Below, piece by piece: positions 1 to 13,526 of a stretch of DNA of 64,000 nucleotides (within the stretch, counting starts at the first letter, position 1; every line of letters starts with the position of its first letter). Source of the stretch: Vicugna vicugna (Eukaryota). Made by a program: the position numbers and the translations under genes. Below the pieces are notes generated by a model. It ran no database searches and was not told where the DNA came from. It was given only the letters and a program-made list of their open reading frames with translations. The stretch lies in the NCBI GenBank assembly GCA_013265495.1, contig MU058584.1, positions 1,276,616-1,340,615 of the forward strand, read 5' to 3'.

Positions 1-1749
1 AATATCTTCTAAAAAATTTCTGCACCTTTTTTTCCTGGTAAAGCGATCTCAAAAGTATTTACTGTAACATCAGTGTTAAGTGTATTTGCTTTGTTACCTG
101 AAATAAAATAGCTTAGATCTATCTCTGTATTTTGAGACTTTAATGATAACTTTATCATAATTACCTAAAGTTACTTTGCTTGTTTCAAGTGTATTTATAT
201 TGTCTCATATTGTCTGAAGTTTAATGAGGACAGGCATCTTGTCTTCTACATTTTTATCTTCCAAAATGTCCAGTGCGAACATAAAATGTTTACCTGTTTT
301 CTTTTTTTTTTTGACTGCCAGTGACCCAAAGAAATAGTCTATTCCTGGTACTTTTATTACATCTCATTCTTTTTTTTAACTTTTTAAGTTTGTCCAATAT
401 CCTTAAGATTGTCCCAAGCTGCTCTACCTGAAGTCACTAAAAACAACCCTTTATCATGTAAAATCCTTTGGCCTCTTTTTTTTCCCCTCATTCTTCTTCA
501 CCTTGCCTACATTGATATCTTAGTCAAGGTTTCCTAGACCTCTGATATCTGAAAAATATTTAAACACTGCTGTTACTACCTTCTACCATCCACACCTAAT
601 TTGCAAGGATTCCTGATACTAAAAGAACCACAGTAGGCAACCCCTGTACCTGTTCTCAGGAACTGTTATCTCCTGAAAGATTAGGTTGTTAGCACGCGTA
701 TGTGTAAGTGTGTGCATGCATACCGAAGACTGTCTCAAGGCTACTTTAAAAGGTAGGACAGAAGGAAGGAATGGAAGAAAGAAAAATGAAAAGAAAATTA
801 TCGGGTTTCCCTCCCATGGTCTGCCCAGTATACTGTCCTGATTTTTGCTATTCCTTCTTTTCTTTCTACATTCCAACTACTTTTCTTTTTTCTGCCCTTT
901 CACTGTATATAGACTCAGCCCTTGGCCCTCAGTTTCTCTCTAGAGTGGGGGTTAGAAAGACCTTAGGAGATATTTAATCCTACTTCTTAACCAAATCAAA
1001 TGGACAAACATTTGTTATCACATGGTCAGATACAGTTAATGAACCCATAAGGTTCCCATGCCTGCTTGAAATTCCTTTTAGTTTTGTGCATATGTGTCTC
1101 ACCAGTAACATTTTAAATTTCTCAACTACAGCAGTCATGTACTTTTTACCTTAGTATATCATGTCAAACCAGGCCTGGAATGGGGCCTTATCTGTAGTAC
1201 ACTTTCTGTAAATATCTGTAAAGTTGGGAAGCCATGTAGCATTTGCGTTTCTTCAAGCGAGCTGTGTGTTAGACTTCAACAGGGAATTTGAAAGTGAAGA
1301 ACCCCCCACCCAAATGTATTGAGTTAGAATCCCCAGCAGTGGGGCCAGTGAGCCTCAGTGTCTCACGCGGCTGTTGAGAACCACCGATGTGTTCTGCTCC
1401 GTTGTCTTTAGTGTTACAGAGCTCATCACTGCTCAAGCTGACCTCCTGGGGCAGCATTAGTTACTAAAATGTCACTTCTTATACTGAGTTTAAAACTGTC
1501 CACTGCTGTGCTCTAGTGAGCCAGGGTCTTCTCTCTGGGACAAATCCGTGTCCTCTTCTACCTAAGAACACTTCTGCTTAAGACATTTGAGGATGAAGAT
1601 CATAGATTCTTCCAATCTTCTCATTCAGGTTAATTGGCCCTCGTTTTCCAGCCATTCTTTGTAATATCACTTTTATTAATACACTTTCCTGTTTAAAACA
1701 GGAGCTCCCTGTTTTCCTGCAGTTATTAATTTTATTACTTCATTTGGCC

Positions 1750-1870
1750 AGTCATTCAACAAATGGTCTGTGCACCTACTAGGTGCCAACCGTTGTGTCT
1801 GACTCAGGGAGTACGTGTGAACAAGGAAGTCCTGATCCCTGCCTTCTAGGATCTGTACAGTTTTGTGTCT
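1750..1870 (-). mobile_element. L2 LINE 3' tail fragment
   Basis: cattcaacaaat...gcacctactaggtgcca...gatccctgccttc is the typical antisense L2 3' end. Confidence 0.65.
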
Positions 1871-1977
1871 GAGGTTGAATGGAAGGTGTATTCTCCACAT
1901 AACTTTCTCTGGCTCCTTTCAGGTCTCCTTGGTTTCTCTCCTTCTCAAATACTATCGCATTGTAGTCTGTTCTGATT

Positions 1978-2112
1978 GGTGCTGTCCAGTGGGGTAGCTT
2001 CTAGCAGCATGTGACTATTTACATTTCCATTTAGATTAATGAAAACTGAAATACACTTTAAAATTTAGTTCCTTGTTAGTACTAGTCACATTTCAGGGGC
2101 TCAATATCCACT
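1978..2112. mobile_element. MER3/MER33-like hAT-Charlie DNA transposon fragment
   Basis: gtgctgtcca terminus followed by aaaatttagttcct..tagtactagtcacatttca..gctcaat. Confidence 0.65.
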
Positions 2113-2329
2113 CTTGTATCAGTCGTATGTCTCCTTAGGGTAGGAAGCGTAATTGCATGTCCATTGTGCTGTTGCACTGTTTACAGCGCTACTTGCAGAA
2201 GGTACTCGGTAATACACTGGTTGATGAATCAATACATACTTGGGGGACAAATGGCTACACTGGCCATAAAACTCCGAGGATATTATGTAATCCTAAATTT
2301 CTCTGATTTGAAAAGTGAGGTAATTACTA

Positions 2330-2520
2330 GACCAGTGCTGTCCAGCGGGACTTACTGCTGGGAGTGCCCTGTGCTGCTCGGGGCAGTGGCCAGTAGGGGC
2401 ATGGAGCTGCTGCGCACTTGAAGTATGACTGGCACACCTGAGGAACACGTGGCTACGTAAACGTAGGTTTAAATAATCACACGCTCCTAGTGGTTGTCAT
2501 ATTAGACACCACAGAACTAG
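2330..2520. mobile_element. MER3-like hAT-Charlie MITE
   Basis: ccagtgctgtccagc...gcacttgaagtatgactgg...tagtggttgtcatattagacaccacag, with degenerate terminal inverted repeats. Confidence 0.7.
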
Positions 2521-4162
2521 AGTTTGAGTTTAAAAATACTTAACTTCTGTGAAGCCGTCACAGTAAAACTTACTTATTATGTGAATTAATATTATAAAGT
2601 TCCACTTGGAGGCAGAGTTTAGTTGGAAAGTGAAGTGTGTAGCTTTTGTGAGGGCTGCGACCTATCGCTACTAACGTCCTGTGAGGTTGGCTTAGAACTC
2701 CACGCGTTTGCCTCTGTGGCTGCGCCACTGGGACTGGACTCCTGTGTTGCCTTCATTCGTCACGGTTCTGTCTGCAGGATCGGGTCCCTCCTTGAGAATG
2801 TGGCTGTTCTCAGGAGAAGGCTGTTCCTCTGAGTATGTTGAAATGGTCGACTCAGATATTTACAGATTGTATATCTTTATTTAGCCACACTTCGTTTTAA
2901 TAGTTTGTCACAAGTAATGTCTTTCTAACAAATTTATTCAGCTTTCTTTTTTAGTATAAATAAATATAGATCCCCATAGACCTAGGAAATTAAATTGATC
3001 TGTAGCTGCTGAATGTGCTGATTTTTTTTTGGAAAATGGTGTTTATATAAGCTAACAACCAGTTCACCTTACTTTTCCTAGAAGATTTAAGAAATAAAAT
3101 ATCAAAAACTTTTGGTTTATTTTCCTAATGATTCATGTTCCATCATAGCTGTAGTAATCTGATGCCTGATTAGATCTTCTGTTTCTGTATTAGGGTTTAA
3201 TAATGATCTGTGTTTGGATTTGGGGAAAGTGTTTATCCTTATAGGTGGCAGTCTCTGCAAATAGCATTCTTTTGGGGAACATTTTGAATTCATACCATAT
3301 TAAATTATAATCTGTGTAATTTGCTCCAAATCAGAAGTATCTACATTAGAATTTAAACTAAGATAAGTAGTAGCCAAACTATAGGTTTAAGGAAAATTTA
3401 ATGGGAGCAACACTTAAGATTGAGAACATTTGTGCCCATTATACCCATTTACTGCTTTCTCCTCCTATTGGAAAAGGCCTGCTGTTTTATTTCAGTGGTG
3501 AAACACTTCTTATAATCTTTCCAAATACCACTTTTTCTTGCACCAAGGTTTGAGAATTATTTAAGGAAAAAATAATTAACAGATCAAAATTTGTATTTGA
3601 TAAATATGAAATAGAAGACAATGTACGTAGACTAATTGGTTTCTTTTATTATTTTATTCAATCTATAAATATTGTTCTGTATTTTTTACTAATTCATAAC
3701 ACATCCATTAAGTTTATGTGAAAACTTATTGCTTATAGTAGAACTGCCTTATCAGTTTATTAAAACAGCTTTAAAAGGTATTAGTATATTTTTCAGTCCT
3801 ATAGATTACTTATTAAATCTGTTTACGTATCATTTAAATGACAATCAGGGTCAAATACAGAGGTGATAGCTGCTTATTTGCCTGGTAAACATTAAAAGCT
3901 CCAAAGTAAAAATTTGTCTCTTATGATTACAAATATGTTCTTAACGTCTTGGAATCCAAATCATTGTTAATGTCTCTGCTTTGTTCTTTCTAAGCAGCTG
4001 ACTTTTTGATGCATCCATACAGCTTACAGAATGAACATTTAATAAGAGTAAGCACACATGTGTGTGCACATATGCATAAAATTGTCTAGGTTTTAAAATA
4101 TTAGTAATAAATATGAATGAGACTATTGGAATACTTGCAACTCTATTTCATTTTCCACTTAG

Positions 4163-4297
4163 GAAATATTTCTCAGCTTAAAAGCTGCTTTGGAGAAGTA
4201 CCATGAAGGCATTGAAAAGGCAACAGAGGACTGTTGTGCTAAAATAGATGAGAAAACAGCTGAGCTGAAGAAGAAGATGTTCAGAATGTCAACCTGA
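4163..4297 (+). CDS. NUF2: Terminal coding exon of kinetochore protein Nuf2 (NDC80 complex component)
   Basis: Acceptor ttttccacttag ends at 4162. The phase-0 frame reads [44 protein letters not shown] then TGA (4295-4297). This matches the recalled human NUF2 C-terminus ([44 protein letters not shown]). The ORF track misses it because it is an exon shorter than the listed ORFs. Confidence 0.97.
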   Translation, partial: EIFLSLKAALEKYHEGIEKATEDCCAKIDEKTAELKKKMFRMST

Positions 4298-4530
4298 TTA
4301 ACAGAATTGCACATCTTTTTGTAAATAGCTTGCCGATTGTTAATTTTATATTTGGAAAGGGAATAGTTAAGTTGAAGTTACTGGAAGTATCAAAAGTACC
4401 ACATAGTGTTGGCTCAGTCAGTTTTATATACTCTCGTAGGTAATCGTTTTGTAGGATGATGCATGTAATGTACTTCTGTGTACTTTTATGAACTTGAAAT
4501 TAAAATACCTTGTGCAGCTATTCACGTCTC
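4298..4530 (+). other. NUF2: NUF2 3' UTR (end approximate)
   Basis: Follows the stop codon, resembles the recalled human NUF2 3' UTR (ggaagtatca..aagtacca, ttgtgcagctattca) and contains ATTAAA. Confidence 0.8.
4499..4504 (+). terminator. Polyadenylation signal ATTAAA of NUF2
   Basis: ATTAAA about 200 nt after the stop, with TGTA motifs upstream and T/GT-rich sequence downstream. Confidence 0.7.
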
Positions 4531-5249
4531 TGCTCTGCTCCTCGTTGTCAGTAGTGGTTGGAGTGAGACAGAAACAATTACAGTTGAATTACGTAATTCT
4601 TCGGTCGTTGTCATGGCCGTTGCTGCTTTCTTTGCTGACGTGCCAAGGTGCAGCATTACTGAGCCCTGACCGTGCACTAAGCATCGAGGTTGGGATCTCA
4701 TTTGATCTTCACTCAAGCAAATCTAGGCAGACATGTTTATAACTGCTTTATAGGTGACGGAACAGTGCAGGTCCTGACTGAGTAAGCAGTTGAGCCACAA
4801 TTTGAACTGAGCTCTGTAGGATCCTGAGATCGGGACTCCTTCTCCGGTACCGCACTGTCTAACGTGACTGTTTGGAGGAGAGCGTGCGCGTGGTAGTCCA
4901 GTTCTTCACTGCTGCCGTGCATTTTTATCAGGGAAATTAGTTAAAGCGTGCAGACCTCTTAGAACCGTGCCATGGTAGACAATACATACTAAGAATTAGT
5001 GCTTAGAGTTCCAGGTGCTTTTCTCTTGGTCAGAAATAAACTAAACTATTACTGCAGGTGGAGACCAGGCTTTCAGGGAGAGGAAAGGTCCTGGGGTGGG
5101 GGGAGCGGGAAGGTCTAGGTGTCCAGGGAGGACTAGTCAGGGCACAAGTTCCAGCCGTTGCCCTGTCTCTTTCTTGCTTTTTGAAGAAATACTCAGAATT
5201 TTAATTCACAGAAAGGTCTGTTTATGAGGTTAGGTAACAGGTGTAAGGA

Positions 5250-5800
5250 TGACCACATCTCCCTCATTTTTTATTTAAAAACATTGTAACTCTTCCTGCA
5301 CCTATCTCCACCTTTAGCTTCAGCTCTTTTCTCCCCCACAACCAGAGTTCTAGAAAACCTAATCTATAATTCATTCCTGGCCCATCATGTCATTGTTGTT
5401 TCTGGCCATACTAGTCACTGAACTTTGTAAGATCACACTGCTAGTTACCAGAATTCCCTGGACACATTTTAATCTTTATCTTCCTTACAGTCTCCTGTTC
5501 AGGAGTTTTTCCCCTTTGTCTCAGTAGCACCACTGTCTTGGTTCTCTTAATTCTCTGTCTATTCCTTTTAATGTTTTCCCACAAGGGCCTTGTTTTCCCT
5601 TCTTCTCTGAGGTGTCTGTGTTCTCTAGGCTTCTGCCTTTGACCCTCCTCCTCTTTTGAACTTCTGTGACCCTCAGAAACCTTTCTCTACACCCATCACT
5701 TCAATCACAAATTAAACATCCATGCCTCTTTTACTGCATCATATACATTTAATTTTATTCGTCATGTATCTCCTGAATTTCAGACCTTGGGTACCCAATA
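5250..5800 (+). mobile_element. Old L2 LINE fragment
   Basis: Pyrimidine-rich sequence with L2-like motifs (ttctagaaaa, ttctctaggcttctg, ctcctgaatttcagacc). It appears to resume after the DNA transposons near 6200. Confidence 0.55.
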
Positions 5801-5807
5801 GCCAGTA

Positions 5808-6003
5808 CAGTTTACCTTTGAACAACACTGCTTTGAACTGCGCGGGTCCACTTAGACACAGATTTGTTTCAGTGGTCCTCCGTGGTCCACAGCTGGTTGA
5901 ATCTGGATGTGGACTGCAGCTTCAGAGGACCATCTATGGCACTAAGCAGACAAAATCTGGGCTGGGCCCTAGAACCAATCCCCTGCAGATACGAGGGATG
6001 ACT
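5808..6003. mobile_element. MER8-like Tigger (TcMar) MITE
   Basis: Starts cagtttacctttgaacaacac...tttgaactgcgcgggtccactta and ends gaaccaatcccctgcagatacgagggatgact. Confidence 0.8.
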
Positions 6004-6014
6004 AGATGTTTTTA

Positions 6015-6145
6015 AACTTTTTGGCATTCTGGTGCAGCCTAATGGATCTTTTCAGAATGATATTTTTCATGCATGAAATAAAATACAGGATTGCAAGCGA
6101 AACCAATTAGATTCCAATATGATAACAAAGTACTTAAAAACCTGT
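6015..6145. mobile_element. MER119-like hAT-Charlie fragment
   Basis: tttggcattctggtgcagcctaatgga...tcagaatgatattttt..atgcat.aaataaaatacaggatt..aa..gaaaccaatt. Confidence 0.65.
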
Positions 6146-6489
6146 TATGCTAAAGAGGATCACTAGCTACACTGTTGCTCATGTTGGAAAAGGAACTCAT
6201 TCTCTTCCCTCTTACGCCACCACATCTCACTCCTTTATATCCATTTACTTAGGAAGAACTGCATTGATGTACCCAGATCTTCCTCCTCTCCTGCCTTTGC
6301 CCTTGTTGCAATTTACATCATTGTCATTTCTCACCTGCTGACCTTGCAATAATCTTTTACCAGGCTTCCAGTCTCTAACCCATCTACAAAGGCATCAGGG
6401 TATTCTAAACATGCAAATTAGATTATGTCAGTAATTTATACAAAGATTTTTAGATTTTCAAATTGTACTGCTTGGGTACCATATTGAAC

Positions 6490-7010
6490 TCACAGGGAAA
6501 CCATGGGATATTTTAAATTTGAAAAGGAGACAGTGGAAGTTGCTCTGTACTGGGCACTGCTGCAACCTGTAGCTCAAGGTAGTTCACAATTTCAGTGTTA
6601 CATCATGCGACATCCCTTTCAATGACGTGTCTTCATGCAGCTGGGTTTTTGATGTTTGCTGTGATACTAAGCAGGTATCATGAAGATCGTGATGGAAGAG
6701 GAAATGAGGGTGGTGATGTCCAATCCGATTCCAAGGTTTGAGAATTTGTACAGCGCCCGATAGGCATACACACATTCAATTAATAGTTGGCTATTTAAAA
6801 GCAGACAAAAAATATTCTTTGCTATTTTTCTTTAGTACACATAACTAGGGCATAAGTGCCCATTAAGTTGTTCGAACCTAACTACTTGATGATGGAACTG
6901 CTAAGTGTTTTGAGTTTGGATTTTTTTTTTCCTTTTTAGGCCAAGGGGCATGGTAAAAGAATTTCTGATACACTAAGGGCTTTGTGAACTGGGAGAGTCT
7001 TGGGACCTGT
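6490..7010. mobile_element. Charlie4-like hAT DNA transposon fragment
   Basis: ccaatccgattccaaggtttgagaa...ttaagttgttcgaacctaactactt...cactaagggctttgtgaactgggagagtcttggga. Confidence 0.65.
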
Positions 7011-8207
7011 CACTTACAGGATAAATTTGTGTGAGTTTCAAGACCCTGTATACCCAAGACTCTGAAGCCTTTTCTCTTGCCAGTTCCCACTTTATCCTCG
7101 AGCAATACTGAACTATTTCAGTTTCTGTTACACCTCACACTTCCATGTGTTGGCACGTTTCTTCCCTTACTTTATGTTTTTTTTTTTTTTGTATGTTCAA
7201 CTAGAAAATACTCATTTTTCAAGTCTCCACCCAAATTATAGCTGTAATACCTTTCTAAACATCAGGTTTTCCTTTTTTTATGTTACTACTTTCACTATAA
7301 TTTCACTGCAGTTTGTATCATTATATTGTCTTTTTTTTTTTTTTCACATCCTCCACTCTGCTAGACTTAATGTCTCTTAAAGCCAGTGACTGTATCTCTT
7401 TTTTGGTACTAATAGTACAGCACAGGGCCAGGCACCTGGCAGCCACTTACAGTGTTTATTTAAGGAATAGCCATTTTTCCCCCCTTAGCCAAGTTGATCT
7501 TAATCCGGGAAGAAACACTTACCTTTCATGATTTTTTTTTTCACAGCAAACATCAACAGATGTTTAGTATCTAGTCATTCAGTATTTTCGTTCTCATCTT
7601 TTTTCCCCCCAAATCAAAAGCCTTCATCAAGCCCTCAGTATAATCCCCATTAAAACCTATATTTGCTGTTTTGATTGGAGGGCAAATGGCAAAATTTAGA
7701 ATTTTTTTCTAACGCCTTCTTGAAAATAACTCTTTGGGCTATGAAACTTTTAAAAGTTTATTAATAGAGGGAAGTTAATGCTCTGAAAGGAGACAGTAAC
7801 ATCATGTATGTGTGACAGTTCCCAAGGCCTGATCTTGAAGGAAATTCTGTGTACCTGCAGACTTTTTTTTTTAATTTTTTTTAAATTATCTTTTTAAAAA
7901 AATTATCTTCTCTGAGTCCAGCTACTTACTTATTAGCTATATGTAGAGCAAATATTTAATTTCAGGTTCAACTGACATATTTCAAGGAGCTAATCCATTT
8001 TATGACAAAGCAAGGGAAATTGAAATATGCACCTTGCAGGCTGAAGTTAATACGTCTGATTTTCGTTTAACAGGATGTTTCCTATTTTTAGTAAGACCAG
8101 AAAACTTTTATATGAAATTCCATTTCAAATTCAGGGCCTGCCACCTATTTCAATTAAGTCGGCGCTCTCCCTCTGATTGAAGTACACTTTTCATCTTCCT
8201 CTCCATA

Positions 8208-8226
8208 TTGCCACCAGGGGGCATAA
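8208..8226 (+). promoter_or_regulatory. Candidate CTCF binding site
   Basis: TTGCCACCAGGGGGCATAA; the core CCACCAGGGGGC (8211-8222) fits the CTCF consensus and sits in otherwise AT-rich unique DNA. Confidence 0.65.
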
Positions 8227-9532
8227 CACAACTTGCATAACCAATGTCAGAATAACTAGTCTAAGATCTGAAACATCAAAGCTGAACATTAGTAAAGTGA
8301 TAGAAACAATTCCAAAAAAGTGTCAGAAAGAACTTAGAGACAGTCTATTTAGACTCTAAATAGTTTCTAAATACTACTTTTAAATTATTTTTTAAAGTTA
8401 GCTGAAGAATGACTCATGCCAAAGCTCCAATTCTGACACCACTTTATTCTCCTTTTGAGATTATTTTATCCTCATTCTCCTAGTTCTTGGTTCAGGATTT
8501 CCAGCTCAGATTCCACGCAACTCTTAAAACTGACCTTTCCTGGGGCAAGAATTTGAGGTACCCATACAACAATGAGCAAGTCACTTAGGAAATGAATCTA
8601 GACCATCACCCAGCATTGATATCTCGGTGTGACAATTTTTTCCTTCCGATAAGATGACAAAGTCAGTAATGTCACCGTCCTCTAATCCATTCATACTGCC
8701 ACTACATAGAAATCCCTAGAATGCAAATTGAATCATCTCTCTGCCACTGCTTTACAAATCTTTGATGCTAACCCATTTTGGGGTAAGAGCCACAACACTC
8801 TGAAGGACAATATTTTGAGGGAGGCAACGCAGGGTGGTACCACAGTTCTCAATCTGCAGTGCGTGTAAGATTTGCCTGGGGCACTGGTTAAACATGCCTT
8901 GATTTGGTGCATCTCTGGGAATCTACACTTGAGACAAGCACACCAAGTGCCTCTAAGGACAATAATCCTTGGAGATCACTTTAAGGAGCTCTGTTGTGTG
9001 ATTAAGAGCATAAACTTTAGGATCAGCATTTACATTTCTTCTTATAAAATGGGAATAATAAATACATCTTTAGCTCACATAAGGACTGAGTGAGTTTTGG
9101 AAAACAGCACGGTTCCCACCACACAGCAAATACCCGAATGGTAGCTGGTGCTGTTACAAATGCAGCTGTTAACAGACTGCCCCAGGGACCAATCTGATCT
9201 ACTTTCTGTTTCCTGCACTACGTCTATTTGCAGTCCTTTACACCTACTTGGTGATGAATGAATAAATGTTTGCTGAATCAAAGAGTCTAGTCTGCTTGAC
9301 CAAAATGAGCACAAGATTGTAAAGCAAATAGCTTACAGGGAAAGAAATCAGCTTTGTATTTTTAGTGCAAAGAACATAGATCATGATGGTTTTATCTTAC
9401 CAAGCTGGGGGGTAGAAAAAAAGCAGATACTCAGAGAAAACGTGCAAGCTTCCCTTTGGCTCCACAGGGTGTCACTGCTGACTCCTCTTTCCAGGCTGAG
9501 CATAGGTGTAAGGGCTGTTCTGCGTTCAAAGA

Positions 9533-9903
9533 AGGGTTCTCAAACGTCAGGGCTGGTCAGCATCACATGGAGGGTTAAGGCAGATTCCTGCCAGAGTTTT
9601 GCATCCAGAATGTTCATTTCAATCAAGTTCCCAGGTGAGGCAGATGCTGCTGGTTCAGGGATCCCACTTAGAGAACCACTCAGAACCATCCCCGTGGAGA
9701 AGTCCACCCAGACCAGGGACGAGGCTTTTCTGCAGGTCTCGTACAGCAGTGAAGCACGCGGGTGTGCTTACCAGTCACCTAGAGATCTTGTCAAAATACA
9801 GAGTCTCATTCGGCTGCTCTGGGTGGGACCTGAGACCCGATACTCCTACAAAGCTCCTCGGGGATACGGATGCTGCTGGACCGCGACCACACTTTGAATA
9901 CCA
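9533..9903. mobile_element. Two adjacent MER5-family hAT-Charlie MITEs (~9533-9680 and ~9745-9903)
   Basis: Both have the MER5 end: gatgctgctggttcagggatcccacttagagaaccact and gatgctgctggaccgcgaccacactttgaata. Confidence 0.75.
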
Positions 9904-10059
9904 AAGTGGATAGCCCTCCCCGCCTCTTATCGATTCCACCTTCACGTTACTGAGTTCTTCACGTTTCAAGGCAGAGATGGTTCATGTAAAGTGCTCGGCA
10001 CAGCATGCAGTGCAGGGTCAAGCACTTTACCTTGCGTTAGCCACGGTTAGGATGAGGCA

Positions 10060-10285
10060 TTGAGTGCAGTGGCGAAGAATGTGTGTTTTGGAGAAACCTT
10101 CAAACTCCGTGTTTGCAACTTACCAGCTGTGTGAACTGGGGCATCTTACAGAATGGCCCTGAGCCTTGGGTTCCTCGTTTTTAAATTAGGGATTATAGTC
10201 GTCTTTACGTCACAAAGTTGCAAGGATTAAATCCGAAAATAAATGTCAGTTACTTAGCACTGTTTGTAGATGGCTATTATTATCG
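10060..10285 (+). mobile_element. MIR SINE
   Basis: cttaccagctgtgtgaactggggca...ctgagccttgggttcctc..tttaaa..gggattata...aggattaaat...acttagcac. Confidence 0.75.
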
Positions 10286-11699
10286 GTAAAACCCAAGAAA
10301 TAGGGGTGACAAAAATGGCTGCAGCAGGTGCTAGGGTGAGCTATTACAATTTGAAAGAAATATAATCTAACCAGAAAAAAAAATACTATATTCATGATTG
10401 TGACCTACTTACTACTAACATTTATCTCTCCCAGGTATGTCACTAAGGAAGGGAAAAAGGCTTTGGAAAATACTGAGATGCTTAAAGCCATCTTTTAGGC
10501 TAGATTTGGAGGAAAAAAAAGTTATGGAAATATTAATATTTTTTCAAAGTTTCTCAGAAATCAGTTGCATTTTGTCTGGGAAAGTAAATTTGTCCTGATG
10601 CAATCAAGGCAACTTTGTACCAGTGTTCTTTCAAGCCAGAGACCATAATTTATTTTTCAATCTACAGAATTTAGCATATAATAGAAGCAAAATGATACTT
10701 GGTGAAAAATGAATAAAGAAACCCTCCTGTATTCAAAGGGACAATAGGCTGGCCCCTGTTAGGTTCTCCTGTTAATTTTCTATTTTTCTTAGAAGGGTTC
10801 CTTTAGTTCTCTCACTGCCTCAGTTTTAGCACTGAATGTCCCACATTCCAGCAAACCCCTCAGCTCTGCGCAAACCAGGATGGATCGTACATGTGCTAAA
10901 CATGCGTATTACATGAAGCCCTATTTGGCCCCATACTCATATCCATGGTTGGCCTTCCCTTACTTTCACAGAATTTAGGTCTCTTCTTTAATCAATAACT
11001 CAACAGGTATTTGGACTAAAATTCCACTTTACATCAGGTGCTATGTAAGTATGTACATTGGAAGAAGTCAAGAAGTCAAGTGAGAGAGACAATGCCTGCT
11101 CTCAAGAGCAGGAAAAAGTTGACTTTCCTCCCAAAGATGACTGCAGACTAAACAGTCCCTTCAGTGCAGCCCTGCTCCCATCAGTCTCAGGAAACATGTC
11201 CCCACAAAGTCTTCTAAGTAGGTAGGTCATTGGCATGAGAGGTTAGGTGGCCCTGCTATGGTGGAAGAGGACCAGGAGTCATGATCAGACTCATAGGTGC
11301 CCACTGAGAACTTTTCCCTGTTCTCCTGGATAAAATTATTTTTCATTTTCTATTTTCCCTAAGGTCGCCATCTATCTTTTTTCCTGGTTAAAAGTGAATT
11401 TCTCCTAAGAAATTATTAACATCCGACATGGGGCCCTAGCCCAGAAACCCTGACACAATAAGTGAAATGCTGTGTTTTCATTGATTCTCCACCAAATCAC
11501 AGTAACCAGCACTGTTTTCAACGTGATGAAAACTCTCTAATGTGCTTAATTTGTCATCAGCTAGTTGTGTCTATTCTGGACATTCACAATGTCAGACAGA
11601 CCCTAGTTTGTTTTTTTCAGAAATGTGGTTGTAACATCTCATCATCAAAATCTTTACACAGCGATTGAGTGTAAAGACATTCTTGTTTTCGTTTAAGAA

Positions 11700-12905
11700 A
11701 GGTATCACATTTCAGACGTAGATAAGGTTGCTACACTGTGAATAAGAATGAACATCCATGTACCATCACCTAACTGAAAAAAGAAGACGTTCAGCAATAC
11801 GATCGAAGCCCTTTGCAGGATGACAAGCCCCTTCACGGCTCTCAGGTAACTATTATCCTGAAGCTGAAATTTATTATTTCCATGAATTTCCTTATGCTGC
11901 CTGGATGAAGCGTCCCTAACCATGCACAGGCATGCTGTTGAACGGCATACTGTATGTTCTTCTGCAACTTACTCTTTTCACTTAATGGGAACAACTTGAG
12001 CGACGACTTCGCTTTATTCAGTTCTGTCCAGACCCATAGTGCCTAGAACAGTGCCTGTCACATGGGAGGCACTCACACAGTCCTTGAACGAGTACGCGTT
12101 CTAGTTCTGAGCTATGTCTGTATCTATCTAAACAAAATTCATTTTGTTTCATTTTCACTTTCGCCTCATATTTCATTTCATGGCTCTAGCACATACTCCT
12201 GCTGAAGGACATTTTGAAGGCTTCCTACGTTTTAAATTTTTTCATGTGATTATACATGTGCTATGTACTGAGAAACCCTGTTTACATATTTCTTTATGCA
12301 CTCGTGGTGAAATTTCTCTGGCATATACGCCAAAGAACAGAATTACAGGTCTCCAAAGTGGTTTTCCATTTTACCTTAGCACCAGCAGCTTCTCTGTGTT
12401 CCAGAGGTTTCATGTCATCGTCACCACACAGTGTAATCAGACTTCTTGAAGTGTGCGGATGCCAGGAATGTGAAATGACGTCTCGCCTCAGTTTCCACTT
12501 TCCATCTCCCTGTTTACCAGTGAGGATAAACATACTTCCATGTATTTATTGACCATTTAGGTTTTCTCTTTGGTAAATTGCTTGTTCATGTATTTAGGTC
12601 ATTTTTCTATTTGGTTATTTATTTATTTGTTTTCCTCATTGCCTTCAATACGTGTTTTTCCATTCTGGATACTACTGGTTGTCAGCTGTATGCTTTGCAA
12701 ATGTCTTCTTCCATTTGTGGTTTGCCTTTCACTTTCTCCTCCCCACAGCATTTAAAAAAAACTTTTGGGTTGGGTTGTTTGTTTGTTTTTGTTGTTGTTA
12801 TTAAGTTGTATGAGCTGTTTGTATATTCTGGAAATTAAACCCTTGTCAGTCGCATCATTTGCAAATGTTTTCTCCCAGTCCATAGGCTGTCTTTTTGTTT
12901 TTTAT
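11700..12905 (-). mobile_element. Old L1 (L1M) fragments, with a better-preserved ORF2 3' piece at ~12755-12905
   Basis: Antisense L1 motifs (gaacatccatgtaccatcacc; ttgtatgagctgtttgtatattctggaaattaaacccttgtcagtcgcatcatttgcaaat). Confidence 0.7.
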
Positions 12906-13164
12906 AAACTTTCATTGGAGCACTTGTTCCACTGAATTGTAATTTTTAAATCCACTGCATCCACCAAGCCCATTAAAAAGTTTAACCCACGAGACTGTGA
13001 GGTCCTTGAAGGCAAACATGTGTCATTTGCGACTGAGGGCCCAGCACTGTGCCTTGTTCTTAAAGGGACCCAATCAACACTTTTTGATTTTGAGTTTTAA
13101 TTTTTGAAATGGATAAGGCTCATTTCCCTCGGACAAGGTGAAAAGCAGCTGGCAGAGGGAGTGC

Positions 13165-13392
13165 AGGGGTTGGAAAGCCAGAGCCCATGGGCCAGTCCAG
13201 CCTATGCTCTGCTTTTGTAAATAAAGGTTTATTGGAACATGGGTAGGCTCACTGCTTACATATTGTCTGTGGCTGCTCTCCTGCTGTGATGGCGGAGTTC
13301 AGGAGTTGTGACAAAGACCATATGACCCACAGGTCCAAATACATTTTACTATTTGGCCCATCAGGAATCCGGAAGGTTGTGACCCTGGTCTA
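13165..13392. mobile_element. MER58A-like hAT-Charlie MITE
   Basis: caggggttgg...ttttgtaaataaaggtttattggaaca...catattgtctgtggctgct...gaccctggtctag; appears full length. Confidence 0.85.
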
Positions 13393-13526
13393 GTAGGTAA
13401 AGGCGGATGCCCTGGGAAGCGTGCTTATATCACATATTTATGGCTTCAAAAGAAAGAGTGCACCTAATCTCTTTTCTGTTATTTTCCTTACAAGGTCAGC
13501 CTATGTATTTTGCAACTCTTTACGTC

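Larger units (their letters stand above)
1..4162 (+). other. NUF2: 3' part of the last intron of NUF2
   Basis: AT-rich sequence with old repeats lying upstream of the acceptor AG at 4161-4162. No NUF2-like upstream exon is recognisable inside the window. Confidence 0.85.

Noticed and set aside
4232..4237. Cys-Cys in the NUF2 tail where human has Ser-Tyr, as a novel feature
   Set aside because: I recall cysteines here in other mammals such as mouse, so it is probably ordinary variation; not verified.
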